NCBI GenBank assembly: GCA_024403035.1
Contig: JAKSSP010000005.1
Span: 24,176-88,175 of the forward strand
Source: Mogibacterium sp.
Lineage (GTDB): Bacteria > Bacillota > Clostridia > Peptostreptococcales > Anaerovoracaceae
DNA length: 64,000 nt
Direction of reading: 5' to 3'
Below the pieces are notes generated by a model. That model saw only the letters and a list, made by a program, of their open reading frames with translations, ran no database searches and was not told where the DNA came from. Position 1 is the first letter of the stretch; every line of letters starts with the position of its first letter. Of the stretch, positions 9,422-18,428 are shown one piece after another. A program made the translations under genes and the position numbers.

Positions 9422-10831
9422 TCAATAAACCATTGTTAGAAAAGTTGGCTCGAAACTGAGGCCAACGTATGTACCTTGAAAAATCGATAACAAAAATCGC
9501 ATAGCTTCCTTGGTCAGGCGATCCACGTTCATCGCGATAATCGACAGAACGATGGAACTCCTGGTAGTCGTCTCGAGCTTGGTTGTGATCAACCCCAGCC
9601 CGAATGATCTTTTTGCAAGACTGAAGGCTCTCTCGACCTCAATGCGATCGACGGCATCCCGGTATTCGATTTTTTTGTCAGATCGCGGGTCCTTCTTCGG
9701 TCTTCCAAGTGCCGGTCCTGAAATGCGGATGCCGCGCATCTTGCAGTAAGAGATGTTCTTTCGTTTCCTGTAGATCTGGTCAACCAGGACTCGCTCAGGA
9801 TAATGACCATGACGCTTGTGGTAGTTTTCTACGGCGCTTATGAGCACTTCGCTCTCGTTGTATGGATCGAATGAGAGTTTCTCGATCCGTGCTAAGCCGT
9901 TATCCAGACTGATGTCGAGCTTGGCTCCGAATTCCGTCGGAGCCTTTGCCTTGCCTCTGATGATCGGTCTGACGTATGGCTGGCTGATGCTTACGATCCT
10001 GCCGGATACTACATGAGTGTTATTGCAGTACATGTAGTCCTGTTGCTCGTAGACCTTTCGGATGGTCTCGATGCGGTCCAGCTGCTTTTGTTCAAGCTCC
10101 AGGCTTTGTGCGATGAACTCATCGACATATCTGAGGTCTCTGCGAACATATTGCAGCTGTGCTTTAAGAGCTTTCCGGATTTTCTTTCCGGTCCGCTTCT
10201 TGCACTTCGCCAGCGAGAGATACTCTTTTCTGGCATTGACCCTGTACATCCTCGGCTTTTTGAGGTTGTATGAGTAGCAGATCTCATCGACTATGCCTTC
10301 CAGATCTTCTCTGCACTGGTTCAGCAGATTGATGTCCTGAGGATATTCGATGTTCTGTGGTGCACAGGTCGCGTCAAGGATCAGAGTGCCTGAGTTGCCG
10401 GAATCATCACCATCATCGTGATCGTCCGGAGTATTGTACTCGAGGATCATGTCGTTGATGTCACCGAGTATATCCTCGGTCAGTCTCTTGCGGAACTCGA
10501 CCAGCAAGGATGGAACATATGGCGCTTCCATCTGGTATCCCGGAAGTCCGATGAAATACTGGAAATACGGATTCTCTGTGATCTGCTCTACCAATTCGCG
10601 GTCAGAGCATCCGAGATGCTTCTGAAGGAGCAATGATCCGAATGCCATACGAAGTGGCTTTGCCGGAACTCCACGATTGCTTGGGAAGAGCTTTGCATAG
10701 CGCTCTTCGATGGCATCCCAGGGAATGGTCTCTGCTTTTTTGACCCAGCGGTTATCCGGATTGAGTTTGAGTCCAAGAGGCTGATCAAAATGCTCGAATG
10801 CGAGCTGTTTGTTACGATTTTTCTTATACAT
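9422..10831 (-). CDS. IS5/IS1182-type DDE transposase (DUF772 N-terminal domain)
   Basis: The 469-aa ORF starts FEHFDQPLGLKLNPDNRWVKKAETIPWDAIEERYAKLF...ENPYFQYFIG, which is characteristic of InsH-N/DUF772 transposases. I could not define the element ends. Confidence 0.8.
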   Translation of the reverse strand: MYKKNRNKQLAFEHFDQPLGLKLNPDNRWVKKAETIPWDAIEERYAKLFPSNRGVPAKPLRMAFGSLLLQKHLGCSDRELVEQITENPYFQYFIGLPGYQMEAPYVPSLLVEFRKRLTEDILGDINDMILEYNTPDDHDDGDDSGNSGTLILDATCAPQNIEYPQDINLLNQCREDLEGIVDEICYSYNLKKPRMYRVNARKEYLSLAKCKKRTGKKIRKALKAQLQYVRRDLRYVDEFIAQSLELEQKQLDRIETIRKVYEQQDYMYCNNTHVVSGRIVSISQPYVRPIIRGKAKAPTEFGAKLDISLDNGLARIEKLSFDPYNESEVLISAVENYHKRHGHYPERVLVDQIYRKRKNISYCKMRGIRISGPALGRPKKDPRSDKKIEYRDAVDRIEVERAFSLAKRSFGLGLITTKLETTTRSSIVLSIIAMNVDRLTKEAMRFLLSIFQGTYVGLSFEPTFLTMVY

Positions 10832-11055
10832 TGATGGCTCCAGGGTATTCCAGGTGCACGGTTGTTAGCCGTTTTCACTGCATTTCCTTGCACCTCTATT
10901 ATACCACAGGCGAGCCTCAACTTCAGTAATTTCAAGGATTTGAGCTGTATTTCAATGTGCGTGAGCACACACTAAATTAATATCTCGCAATGGTGCAAGC
11001 GTCTGTCGGGAACTTCCTCATGAAATACTTAGCTCCGTCCTATATATAATCTCTA

Positions 11056-11790
11056 TCAGTTCCTTGAATCATAGTACTCGATTGCATCTGTAATATTGCC
11101 ATCAAAAAGCAATCTTCCCTTTTCAAGAACGATTCCTCTCTTGCAGAATTCTTTTGCAGTATCAAGTGAATGTGTAACGAATAACAATGTAACATTTTTA
11201 TCAGCCATTATCTCATTGACTTTTTTCATGCACTTTTTTTTGAAATTTTTGTCACCTACACTGAGTGCTTCGTCTACTATCAGAATGTCAGGCTGTGCAT
11301 TTACGCTGATAGCAAATCCCAGCCTTGCCTTCATTCCGCTTGAATAAGATCTGAGAGGCTGATCAATATAATCTCCCAGGTCTGCAAATTTAATTATGTC
11401 ATCCTGGACCTCATCGATCTCGCTCTCAGTCATTCCCATCAAACTGCATTTGAATCTGATGTTCTCTTTTCCGGTAGATTCGGGCTCAAAGCCGGCTCCA
11501 AGTTCCAAAAGAGCGCTGACTTTGCCGTTCACGATGATTTCGCCTTCAGTTGGAAATGTCACTCCTGTTACCATCTTCAGAATTGTGGATTTGCCGGCAC
11601 CATTACGGCCGAGCAAGGCCACACTTTCTCCGCGAAAAATGTCAAACGACATGTCATTGACCGCTTTGTTTTCTTTATATGGCACTTTTTTGCTAAAAAG
11701 GCCCTTTAGTCGGGCCCTGTCAGATTTGTAAAGTTTGTAAAGTTTCGTAACGTGATCGAAACGAATAACTAAATTATTTCTTATATCCAT
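11056..11790 (-). CDS. tagH: Teichoic-acid/polysaccharide export ABC transporter ATP-binding protein
   Basis: 244 aa with Walker A GRNGAGKST, signature YSSGMKARL and Walker B ILIVDEAL. Same operon orientation as the ABC-2 permease at 14429-15238. Confidence 0.85.
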   Translation of the reverse strand: MDIRNNLVIRFDHVTKLYKLYKSDRARLKGLFSKKVPYKENKAVNDMSFDIFRGESVALLGRNGAGKSTILKMVTGVTFPTEGEIIVNGKVSALLELGAGFEPESTGKENIRFKCSLMGMTESEIDEVQDDIIKFADLGDYIDQPLRSYSSGMKARLGFAISVNAQPDILIVDEALSVGDKNFKKKCMKKVNEIMADKNVTLLFVTHSLDTAKEFCKRGIVLEKGRLLFDGNITDAIEYYDSRN

Positions 11791-11991
11791 TTTTGTTCTC
11801 CGATGGTAATCCTGCTTTCGTAGTCATCTTTGAATATTCCGACGTCCAGGAGCCACTCTCTCCGATGATGAGAGCCACCTAGTCCGAGTGGCAGAGCCAG
11901 TCGGAAACAATATTTATTCCGATGTTTAGAGCCACCCTTTAAAATTGAATCATGGGTAATACCAAATTCAATTGAAGGGAGGACAACATCA

Positions 11992-13545
11992 ATGTCCAAA
12001 GAAAAACAAATCCTGCAGCTACATGCTGACGGGACATCAAACCGGCAAATAGCAAATATTCTGTCGGTGTCAAGAAACAGGATCGCTTCAGTTGTAGACG
12101 CAGCTAAGCGTACCGGAATGACTTTTCCGGAGCTGCTGCGGCTCGATGAAGCTACTCTCTACAGGAAACTGTATCCTGAGAAAGCGGCCGAACCCGTGCA
12201 GGTAAAGCCGGATTTCGCTAAGATCCATAGCGATCTTCTTAAAGATGGAGTGACACTCACTTCACTATGGGAAGAGTATACAGATGCCTGCAAAGCAGTA
12301 AAGAAGCCGCCGTACATGTATTCTCAGTTCTGTAAGCTCTATTCAGACTATGTGAACAAGAACAAACTGACAATGCATATCCATCATAAGCCAGGTAACA
12401 AGCTGATGGTGGATTGGGCCGGAACTACATTCTCGTATTATGCTGCTGACGAAGACCGTGAACAAAAGTGTTATCTGTTTGTTGCTACATTACCTTTCAG
12501 TATGTACTGTTATGCAGAAGCATTCACGGATATGAAACAAAGATCCTGGATCAATGCACATATCCATGCCTACTCGTACTTTGGTGGCTCAACAAGGCTT
12601 CTGGTAAGCGATAATCTCAAGACAGGAGTCATACAGCATAAGAAGTATGATGATCCTGTTTTCAACAAGAGCTATGAGGAACTGGCTGAGCACTACAGGA
12701 CCGCACTTTTGCCGGCAAGAGTACTTGCCCCGAAAGATAAAGCCGCAGTAGAAGGATCTGTAGGGGTACTGACTAAGAGACTTGTCTCCAGATTCCGTAA
12801 CAAGCGGTTTTTCAGCCTGCAGGAACTCAATGAGGCGGTTCGGGCTGAATTAAAGGCTTTCAACGAGAAGCCATTTCAGAAGAGATCCGGATCCAGATAC
12901 TCTGTATATACCGAAGAAGAGCTGCCATTCATGAACCCATTGCCATTATTCGCATATGAGTTTGCAGAGTGGAAGGTCGCTACAGTACAGATGAACTACC
13001 ATATTTCCTTCGACAAGCAGAACTATTCTGTTCCTTATGCTTATGTAAGGAAGAAAGTAGATGTCCGAAGCACGAATAATGTCGTGGATATCTATTACCA
13101 GGGAACGCGCATATGCAGTCATAAGAGATTGCACGGCCGTCAAGGTCAGTATGCTACGAACATCGATCACATGCCTAAAAACCACCAGCTTTACAGCGAA
13201 TGGAATGGTGATCGTTTCAAAAGGTGGGCTGAGAGCATCGGTCCTCATACAAAAGAAGTTGTAGATAAATTGTTCGCATTCTATCGGGTGGAAGAACAGG
13301 CTTACAAGGGATGCCTGTCCCTCCTGAAACTGGCTGACAAATACTCCTCCAGCCGGCTTGAAAATGCATGCGCAGTTGCGCTCGTGCATATTCCGACTCC
13401 CCGATACAAAAATATTAGATTGATTCTGGAAGCCGGTCAAGACCTTCCTAAGCAGGATGAGTCAAAAGAACCGACAGAAGATTCAGCGAACAAATACACC
13501 CATCTTCGTGGTCCTGCATATTACGGAGGTGGTCATAATGAATAA
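11992..13545 (+). CDS. istA: IS21-family transposase IstA
   Basis: 517 aa with an N-terminal HTH (SNRQIANILSVSRNRI) and a DDE core. It overlaps the istB start through an ATGA overlap. Confidence 0.9.
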   Translation: MSKEKQILQLHADGTSNRQIANILSVSRNRIASVVDAAKRTGMTFPELLRLDEATLYRKLYPEKAAEPVQVKPDFAKIHSDLLKDGVTLTSLWEEYTDACKAVKKPPYMYSQFCKLYSDYVNKNKLTMHIHHKPGNKLMVDWAGTTFSYYAADEDREQKCYLFVATLPFSMYCYAEAFTDMKQRSWINAHIHAYSYFGGSTRLLVSDNLKTGVIQHKKYDDPVFNKSYEELAEHYRTALLPARVLAPKDKAAVEGSVGVLTKRLVSRFRNKRFFSLQELNEAVRAELKAFNEKPFQKRSGSRYSVYTEEELPFMNPLPLFAYEFAEWKVATVQMNYHISFDKQNYSVPYAYVRKKVDVRSTNNVVDIYYQGTRICSHKRLHGRQGQYATNIDHMPKNHQLYSEWNGDRFKRWAESIGPHTKEVVDKLFAFYRVEEQAYKGCLSLLKLADKYSSSRLENACAVALVHIPTPRYKNIRLILEAGQDLPKQDESKEPTEDSANKYTHLRGPAYYGGGHNE

Positions 13546-14281
13546 AGATACATACGAAAAGCTCCGTAAGATGAGACTGCCCGAGATGGCTGCTCAATAC
13601 CGAAAGCATTCTGAATCCCCGGAACTGTACGCGCCTATGACTTTCGATGAAGAATTCTCTCTGCTTGTAGATGCTGAATTCGATTCACGCATCAATAACA
13701 AGATCAAGAGACTCCTCAAGAAGTCCTGTATCCCTGACTCATCAGCACATCTGGGAGGAATAGAATTCCTTCCGGAAAGGCATCTGAACAGAGATCTGTT
13801 CAGCACACTTGAGACTAATGAATACATTCGTAAAGGTCTCAACATAATGCTCATAGGCGCTACCGGTTGTGGTAAGACATATATCTCATGTGCACTTGCA
13901 ACTCACGCATGCCGTCACGAATACCGTGTAAGATATTTCAGACTTTCCGAATTCTTCAGTGAGATGGAAGCTGCAAGGATCCAGGGCATCTACGATGAAA
14001 CGATCAATCGCTTCAGGCGTATACCACTCATGATCTTTGACGACTTCCTGTTACTTCCGACTACACTTGAAGAACAACAGGACCTGCTGATCCTGCTAAG
14101 AGCAAGAGACGAAGACAAGTCCTCAACAATACTCTGTTCACAAGTAGCAGTAGCTGGCTGGCACGAACGGCTTGGCAGCGGCGGTGTTGCAGATACATTA
14201 CTGGATCGCATCACAGCCAATGGTTACGAGATAAACATCGATGGTGATGTCTCAATGAGACGCCGTCACAGCAGGATTTAA
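13538..14281 (+). CDS. istB: IS21-family ATP-binding helper IstB
   Basis: Walker A GATGCGKT and Walker B MIFDDF. I prefer the ATG at 13538, which has RBS GGAGGTGG, over the ORF-track start at 13457. Confidence 0.85.
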   Translation: MNKDTYEKLRKMRLPEMAAQYRKHSESPELYAPMTFDEEFSLLVDAEFDSRINNKIKRLLKKSCIPDSSAHLGGIEFLPERHLNRDLFSTLETNEYIRKGLNIMLIGATGCGKTYISCALATHACRHEYRVRYFRLSEFFSEMEAARIQGIYDETINRFRRIPLMIFDDFLLLPTTLEEQQDLLILLRARDEDKSSTILCSQVAVAGWHERLGSGGVADTLLDRITANGYEINIDGDVSMRRRHSRI

Positions 14282-14428
14282 TTTTCAAGGTACGTGGATC
14301 AGCAGAGCTGCCCACCACGGGTGGCTCTCTGATCCGGAGCGCTGGCTCTCAATAACGGAACCAGTGGCTCTGTTTTAACAGAATGGGTGGTTCCGCCACC
14401 ACGGAATACTCAATCTTCGGTCTGAATG

Positions 14429-15238
14429 TTACAGAACATCAGGTATATCTTCTCTAAGCTTTTTATATGATCTAAGAGCCAAAATGATAAAAATGATGAA
14501 AGTTATCAGGAAGCAGCAAAGTGATACTTTGTCCTGCCAGAACCACTTTTTATATATAAATGCTCTGCGATAACCGCTCGAAATAACTGTAACGGGATTG
14601 AATTTTAATATTATTCTCAGTTTTCTGGACGGAATATCGTCCACGCTATAAATAATGCCCGACATCCAGAATACGACAGTTGAGAGTGATCTGACCAAAT
14701 TTTGAAAGTCCTTGCTGATTGCAGAAAGCATGCCCGTTAGAAGCGAATATACAATAAAAAAGGCAACCATCATTAACATGTATATCGGAATCTGAAGCAA
14801 ATATATGTCAGGCATGTGACCGGCGCATATAAACAATACCATTGTAATAATCAGCAATGCAAGGTGTATGTAGAGATGTGAAAGGTTATAGTATGTGGGA
14901 ATAATTGATATCGGAAATCTCATCTTAGTGACAAGATGACTGTATTTTCTGATACAACCTGCACCGCCTGTAATCAGTTCTTGCATATAGAACCATGGTA
15001 AAAAGCCTGCAGTGAGCCAAAGAAAGTACGAATATCCCTCAACAGGGTTGCCGTGTCTGAGTCCGATCGAAAACGCGAACCAAAACACAAACAGGGTTAT
15101 CATCGGCTTTATGATGGCCCAAGCCCATCCTAATGCAGCGCCACGATATGTTTTTATCAAATCTGATTTGGCCAGCATGAGGATTTGATTCTTGTATGTT
15201 TTGTGTTCTTTTATTATTTTTCTTATTGTTTCTGCCAT
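14429..15238 (-). CDS. tagG: Teichoic-acid/polysaccharide export ABC-2 type permease
   Basis: The multi-span membrane ORF reads LIKTYRGAALGWAWAIIKP.., typical of the ABC-2/TagG family. I prefer the ATG at 15238 (MAETIRK) to the TTG at 15259. No Shine-Dalgarno sequence is visible upstream. Confidence 0.8.
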   Translation of the reverse strand: MAETIRKIIKEHKTYKNQILMLAKSDLIKTYRGAALGWAWAIIKPMITLFVFWFAFSIGLRHGNPVEGYSYFLWLTAGFLPWFYMQELITGGAGCIRKYSHLVTKMRFPISIIPTYYNLSHLYIHLALLIITMVLFICAGHMPDIYLLQIPIYMLMMVAFFIVYSLLTGMLSAISKDFQNLVRSLSTVVFWMSGIIYSVDDIPSRKLRIILKFNPVTVISSGYRRAFIYKKWFWQDKVSLCCFLITFIIFIILALRSYKKLREDIPDVL

Positions 15239-15281
15239 ATTAGTATTTTTTGTCTGCAAATTGCATTAATAAGTTGAACAC

Positions 15282-16070
15282 CTAAGCAGCCCTCTTCGAG
15301 TAGATTTTGTCTAGTTCAGCTTCGAAGACTTTATCAGAAGTCTTGTATCCGAGTATTTTCCTCGGCAAGCTGTTGCACCAAACATCTATGTTGGATATCT
15401 GCTCAGGCGAGTAGTCATCAATGCGCTTTCCTTTAGGGATGAATCTCCGTATCAGTCCGTTATGCCTCTCGTTTGATCCTTTCTCACAGGATGTATAAGG
15501 ATGAGCATAATATACTAATGTTGAGGATATCTTCTCAAGGTCAGCAAATGACGAGAACTCTGATCCATTATCTGTGGTAACTGACTTGAATACTTCATTA
15601 GAATGGTCGCTGTAATCAGCAAGAAGTTTCTTAAAGGCATTCATTACAGTTTCCGGGCGACGGTCCTCAAGCGGAATCATCCAGTATCGACGACTGAGTC
15701 GTTCAATAAGAGTAAGAATAACATGGTCATCCTTGGTTTTATGACCAATTACCAAGTCGCATTCCCAGTGACCGAACTCTGAGCGATCATTGACTGCAGC
15801 TGAACGCTCTTCAATGCTGTGACCGAGCTTCTTCTTATTCTCGCGACCGGTCTTTTTAGCAGTTTTGCGTTTGAGTTTCTCTGGGAGATCAATAGCTTGA
15901 ATGCCTATGAGACCCTTATTAACATAGTTGTACAGGGTCTTAGTGTATACGATGTCTTCTCTTTTGAACTCGTTAGTAGCCAAAGCTCTGCCAACGCAGG
16001 CATCAAGTGACCAGTGCTCTTCTTCGAATTTGGTTTTCACATATGAGAAAAAGCTGTTTCTCTCAAGCAC
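15282..16070 (-). pseudogene. IS30-family transposase lacking its N-terminal HTH region
   Basis: The DDE region is recognisable (HWECDLV, TTDNGSEF, EKGSNERHNGLIRRFIPKG). The frame stays open upstream without an ATG. A well-placed RBS plus ATG at about 16152 (MNRKML..) is in another frame, which suggests an internal deletion or frameshift. Confidence 0.75.
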
Positions 16071-16226
16071 ATCATAATGCCTGCAACAGGATAATTCGTA
16101 ATTGCGATGTTTACCCTTGGAATGATGTGTGCTAACATTTTTCGATTCATAATGATTTCTCCTTTGGCAATGTTTTGTGCAACTACATCTTACCGTGAGA
16201 CACTATGGATTATTTTATATAATTGT

Positions 16227-18410
16227 TTAATTTGATTTTATAATCGGCCATTTTTTTCTTCCTCTTTTTTTGACTTTTTGTATTTTTTTCCTTCCTCTTC
16301 TTATATTGTCCAACACGTTCAGCAGGCCGATTTCCGCTGCCTTATCTATTTGAGTGCGTATCTCCTGGTAATAACGGCTATCCTGCTTCAGCAGTCTTAT
16401 ATCTTCATTCTCTTTGTCATAGAAAATTGCTGCCGCTACTCGTTTATACACATCGAATTGCAGCTGATGGTTTTCTATCAAGTGCTCGATTGCTTCTATC
16501 TCTTTTTTCTCTGCAAGCCCGTAATTAACTACTCGATTCCAGTCACAATAATCATATATGGCATTAATCAGCTTGGCTACAAGCATTTCCTGATTGTCTG
16601 CAAACTGTTGCTCCAGCAATTTTAACTTCTCAGAACAATGCTGTTCACCGTCTTTAATAGAATAATATTGTGCAGGTGGCACATATAGGTATATCTGACT
16701 GTATTTTCTGATGTATCCCTTGAGAAAACTAATGTCAAGACCTGCAAATGGCTCCTTAAGTATCTCCCCTTCTAATGATTTCAGTATCTCCTTGTGCCAT
16801 ACCTTGTTGATTAAACCATCAGTGCATTCATTGTTTAAATAATCTGATAGAAGCGGTATCTCAACTGTTTTACCATTTTCACCCTCAATCGTAGTATAAT
16901 GGCGAAGCGACAGGACAGGAAAGATGCTCCTTTTCATAATAACTGCTATCGCCTTTGTGACCAGAAATGCCGGATCACATGATTCCATCAGTAAAACAAA
17001 GTCATGCCCGTCATTCTGACAGGCGATCGCTTCTCTGTAAATATCTGTCTCTCTGAAAGATGATACCGCACATACATCGAAAGACGGATGGTATCTGTCA
17101 ATCCAACGTTTCATCCATCCTAACTCTTTATGCCAGCGTACTTCATTTTTCGTCCCTTTATACTTTTTCCTATAAGCGGACACCATTTCTCCGAGATTGC
17201 GCTTATCAAAAAATTCTCTGATATTTTTCAGATCATTCACCCTGTCAGTCAGTATGTGTATATTCGTGTGTATGTCAGCATTTCTGAATATACAGCTGTA
17301 AACATTGATAAACACCTCCGGAGTGAGGTCTCGTACAATCAGATAAACATCTATTTCGATTCTTTCATCGCTGATATCCTTCTTAATATAACTAACCAGC
17401 TCCTTTTTTGTGAACTCCGTCAGTTTAAGATATCTATATGCTTCTTTTGCGCATGTCAGGGTCGATAAACCCGTCGAATCAAATGTAACAAGCCGATCAA
17501 ACTTCCGATCTATGTAGTTTAGAGTTTCGATAGGGAAATCTTTAGGCAGTACCACGACATTATCTCCGCCGTAAACTCCGATATAGTTCCTCTCTGCGGG
17601 GTGAGGCTTGTAATACACCGTATTGCCTTTTTCAATCTCGCTTCTTATTATCTTTTTGCATAACAGGTAGTTCTCGCGGGCGTTGCAATACTGCGCACGA
17701 TCCAAAGGCTGACCGAGAAACAGTGAGCTGGGATTGTTGATCTCAATCTCGTTTATCCTAAAAATATAAAGCAGTGCTTTTTTGAACTTCTCCTCATTCA
17801 AAGAAACTATGTCTTTGTAGTCCCATACAACGATCTTTGATGAATAATAATCATCATCCATCTCTACGCTGCTGATGATTTTTGTTACTTTCTCATGTCT
17901 GTACAATGGCTCCGGAAAGTATCCTTTTTCTATAAAGGGTACAAGGTGTTTAGCATCACCTTTGAACTCATGGATTCCTAGCTGTCTTGGAATTGAGCAG
18001 TAGCCATCCTCTACTCCAACAATCCGCTCAAAGTGCTTGCATATGTAATAATAGTGGATTTGAAAATCATTGTAGATGAACAGTTCATCGCTGGTATCTG
18101 CGTCCTTGAAATATTCGGCATATTTCTCCTCAAGATACTCATCGAAGAGTGAGGTTCCGATGGCATCTATGGCATCGTCATCCAGATTACTTGTTTTCCT
18201 TAATTCTCTGGTAAAGCGTTGGTTTTCGCCTTTTTTTGTAATCCCGACCACTTTATTGAAAACACCGGTATCCCGGATCCTTTCAAGCAACGACTCATCA
18301 GGATTCAGATATTGCATCGAAAAGTATAGATTTGGTTTTTCTTCGAAGGTCAATGCCAGTGCAATAGAATGCATCATCTGATAATATGTCATTACAACTA
18401 GAGATTTCAC
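16227..18410 (-). CDS. Putative nonulosonic-acid (pseudaminic acid) transferase with an uncharacterised C-terminal half
   Basis: 727 aa. The N-terminal half carries VGVEDG (the D/E-D/E-G motif) and, about 135 aa later, YYKPHP (the HP motif). These are the two motifs shared by bacterial sialyltransferase families. It is the last gene of the pse-type operon. Confidence 0.5.
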   Translation of the reverse strand: MKSLVVMTYYQMMHSIALALTFEEKPNLYFSMQYLNPDESLLERIRDTGVFNKVVGITKKGENQRFTRELRKTSNLDDDAIDAIGTSLFDEYLEEKYAEYFKDADTSDELFIYNDFQIHYYYICKHFERIVGVEDGYCSIPRQLGIHEFKGDAKHLVPFIEKGYFPEPLYRHEKVTKIISSVEMDDDYYSSKIVVWDYKDIVSLNEEKFKKALLYIFRINEIEINNPSSLFLGQPLDRAQYCNARENYLLCKKIIRSEIEKGNTVYYKPHPAERNYIGVYGGDNVVVLPKDFPIETLNYIDRKFDRLVTFDSTGLSTLTCAKEAYRYLKLTEFTKKELVSYIKKDISDERIEIDVYLIVRDLTPEVFINVYSCIFRNADIHTNIHILTDRVNDLKNIREFFDKRNLGEMVSAYRKKYKGTKNEVRWHKELGWMKRWIDRYHPSFDVCAVSSFRETDIYREAIACQNDGHDFVLLMESCDPAFLVTKAIAVIMKRSIFPVLSLRHYTTIEGENGKTVEIPLLSDYLNNECTDGLINKVWHKEILKSLEGEILKEPFAGLDISFLKGYIRKYSQIYLYVPPAQYYSIKDGEQHCSEKLKLLEQQFADNQEMLVAKLINAIYDYCDWNRVVNYGLAEKKEIEAIEHLIENHQLQFDVYKRVAAAIFYDKENEDIRLLKQDSRYYQEIRTQIDKAAEIGLLNVLDNIRRGRKKIQKVKKRGRKKWPIIKSN

Positions 18411-18428
18411 GTTCCTAGTCCTCCTGTT

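Larger units (their letters stand above)
11831..14412 (+). mobile_element. IS21-family insertion sequence (copy B, unrelated to copy A) inserted between tagG and tagH
   Basis: The ends read TGAATATTCCG... and ...CGGAATACTCA, with repeated GAGCCAC/GTGGCTC subterminal motifs. A 5-bp direct repeat ATCTT flanks the element (11826-11830 and 14413-14417). Confidence 0.85.

Noticed and set aside
9408-11032. TACTTAG occurs on both sides of the IS5/IS1182-type transposase gene (9408-9414 and 11026-11032) and was considered as a target-site duplication defining the element.
   Set aside because: The sequences immediately inside these 7-mers show no inverted-repeat relationship. The left copy would also put the element end only 7 nt from the transposase stop codon. 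I could not define the ends, so no boundaries are claimed.
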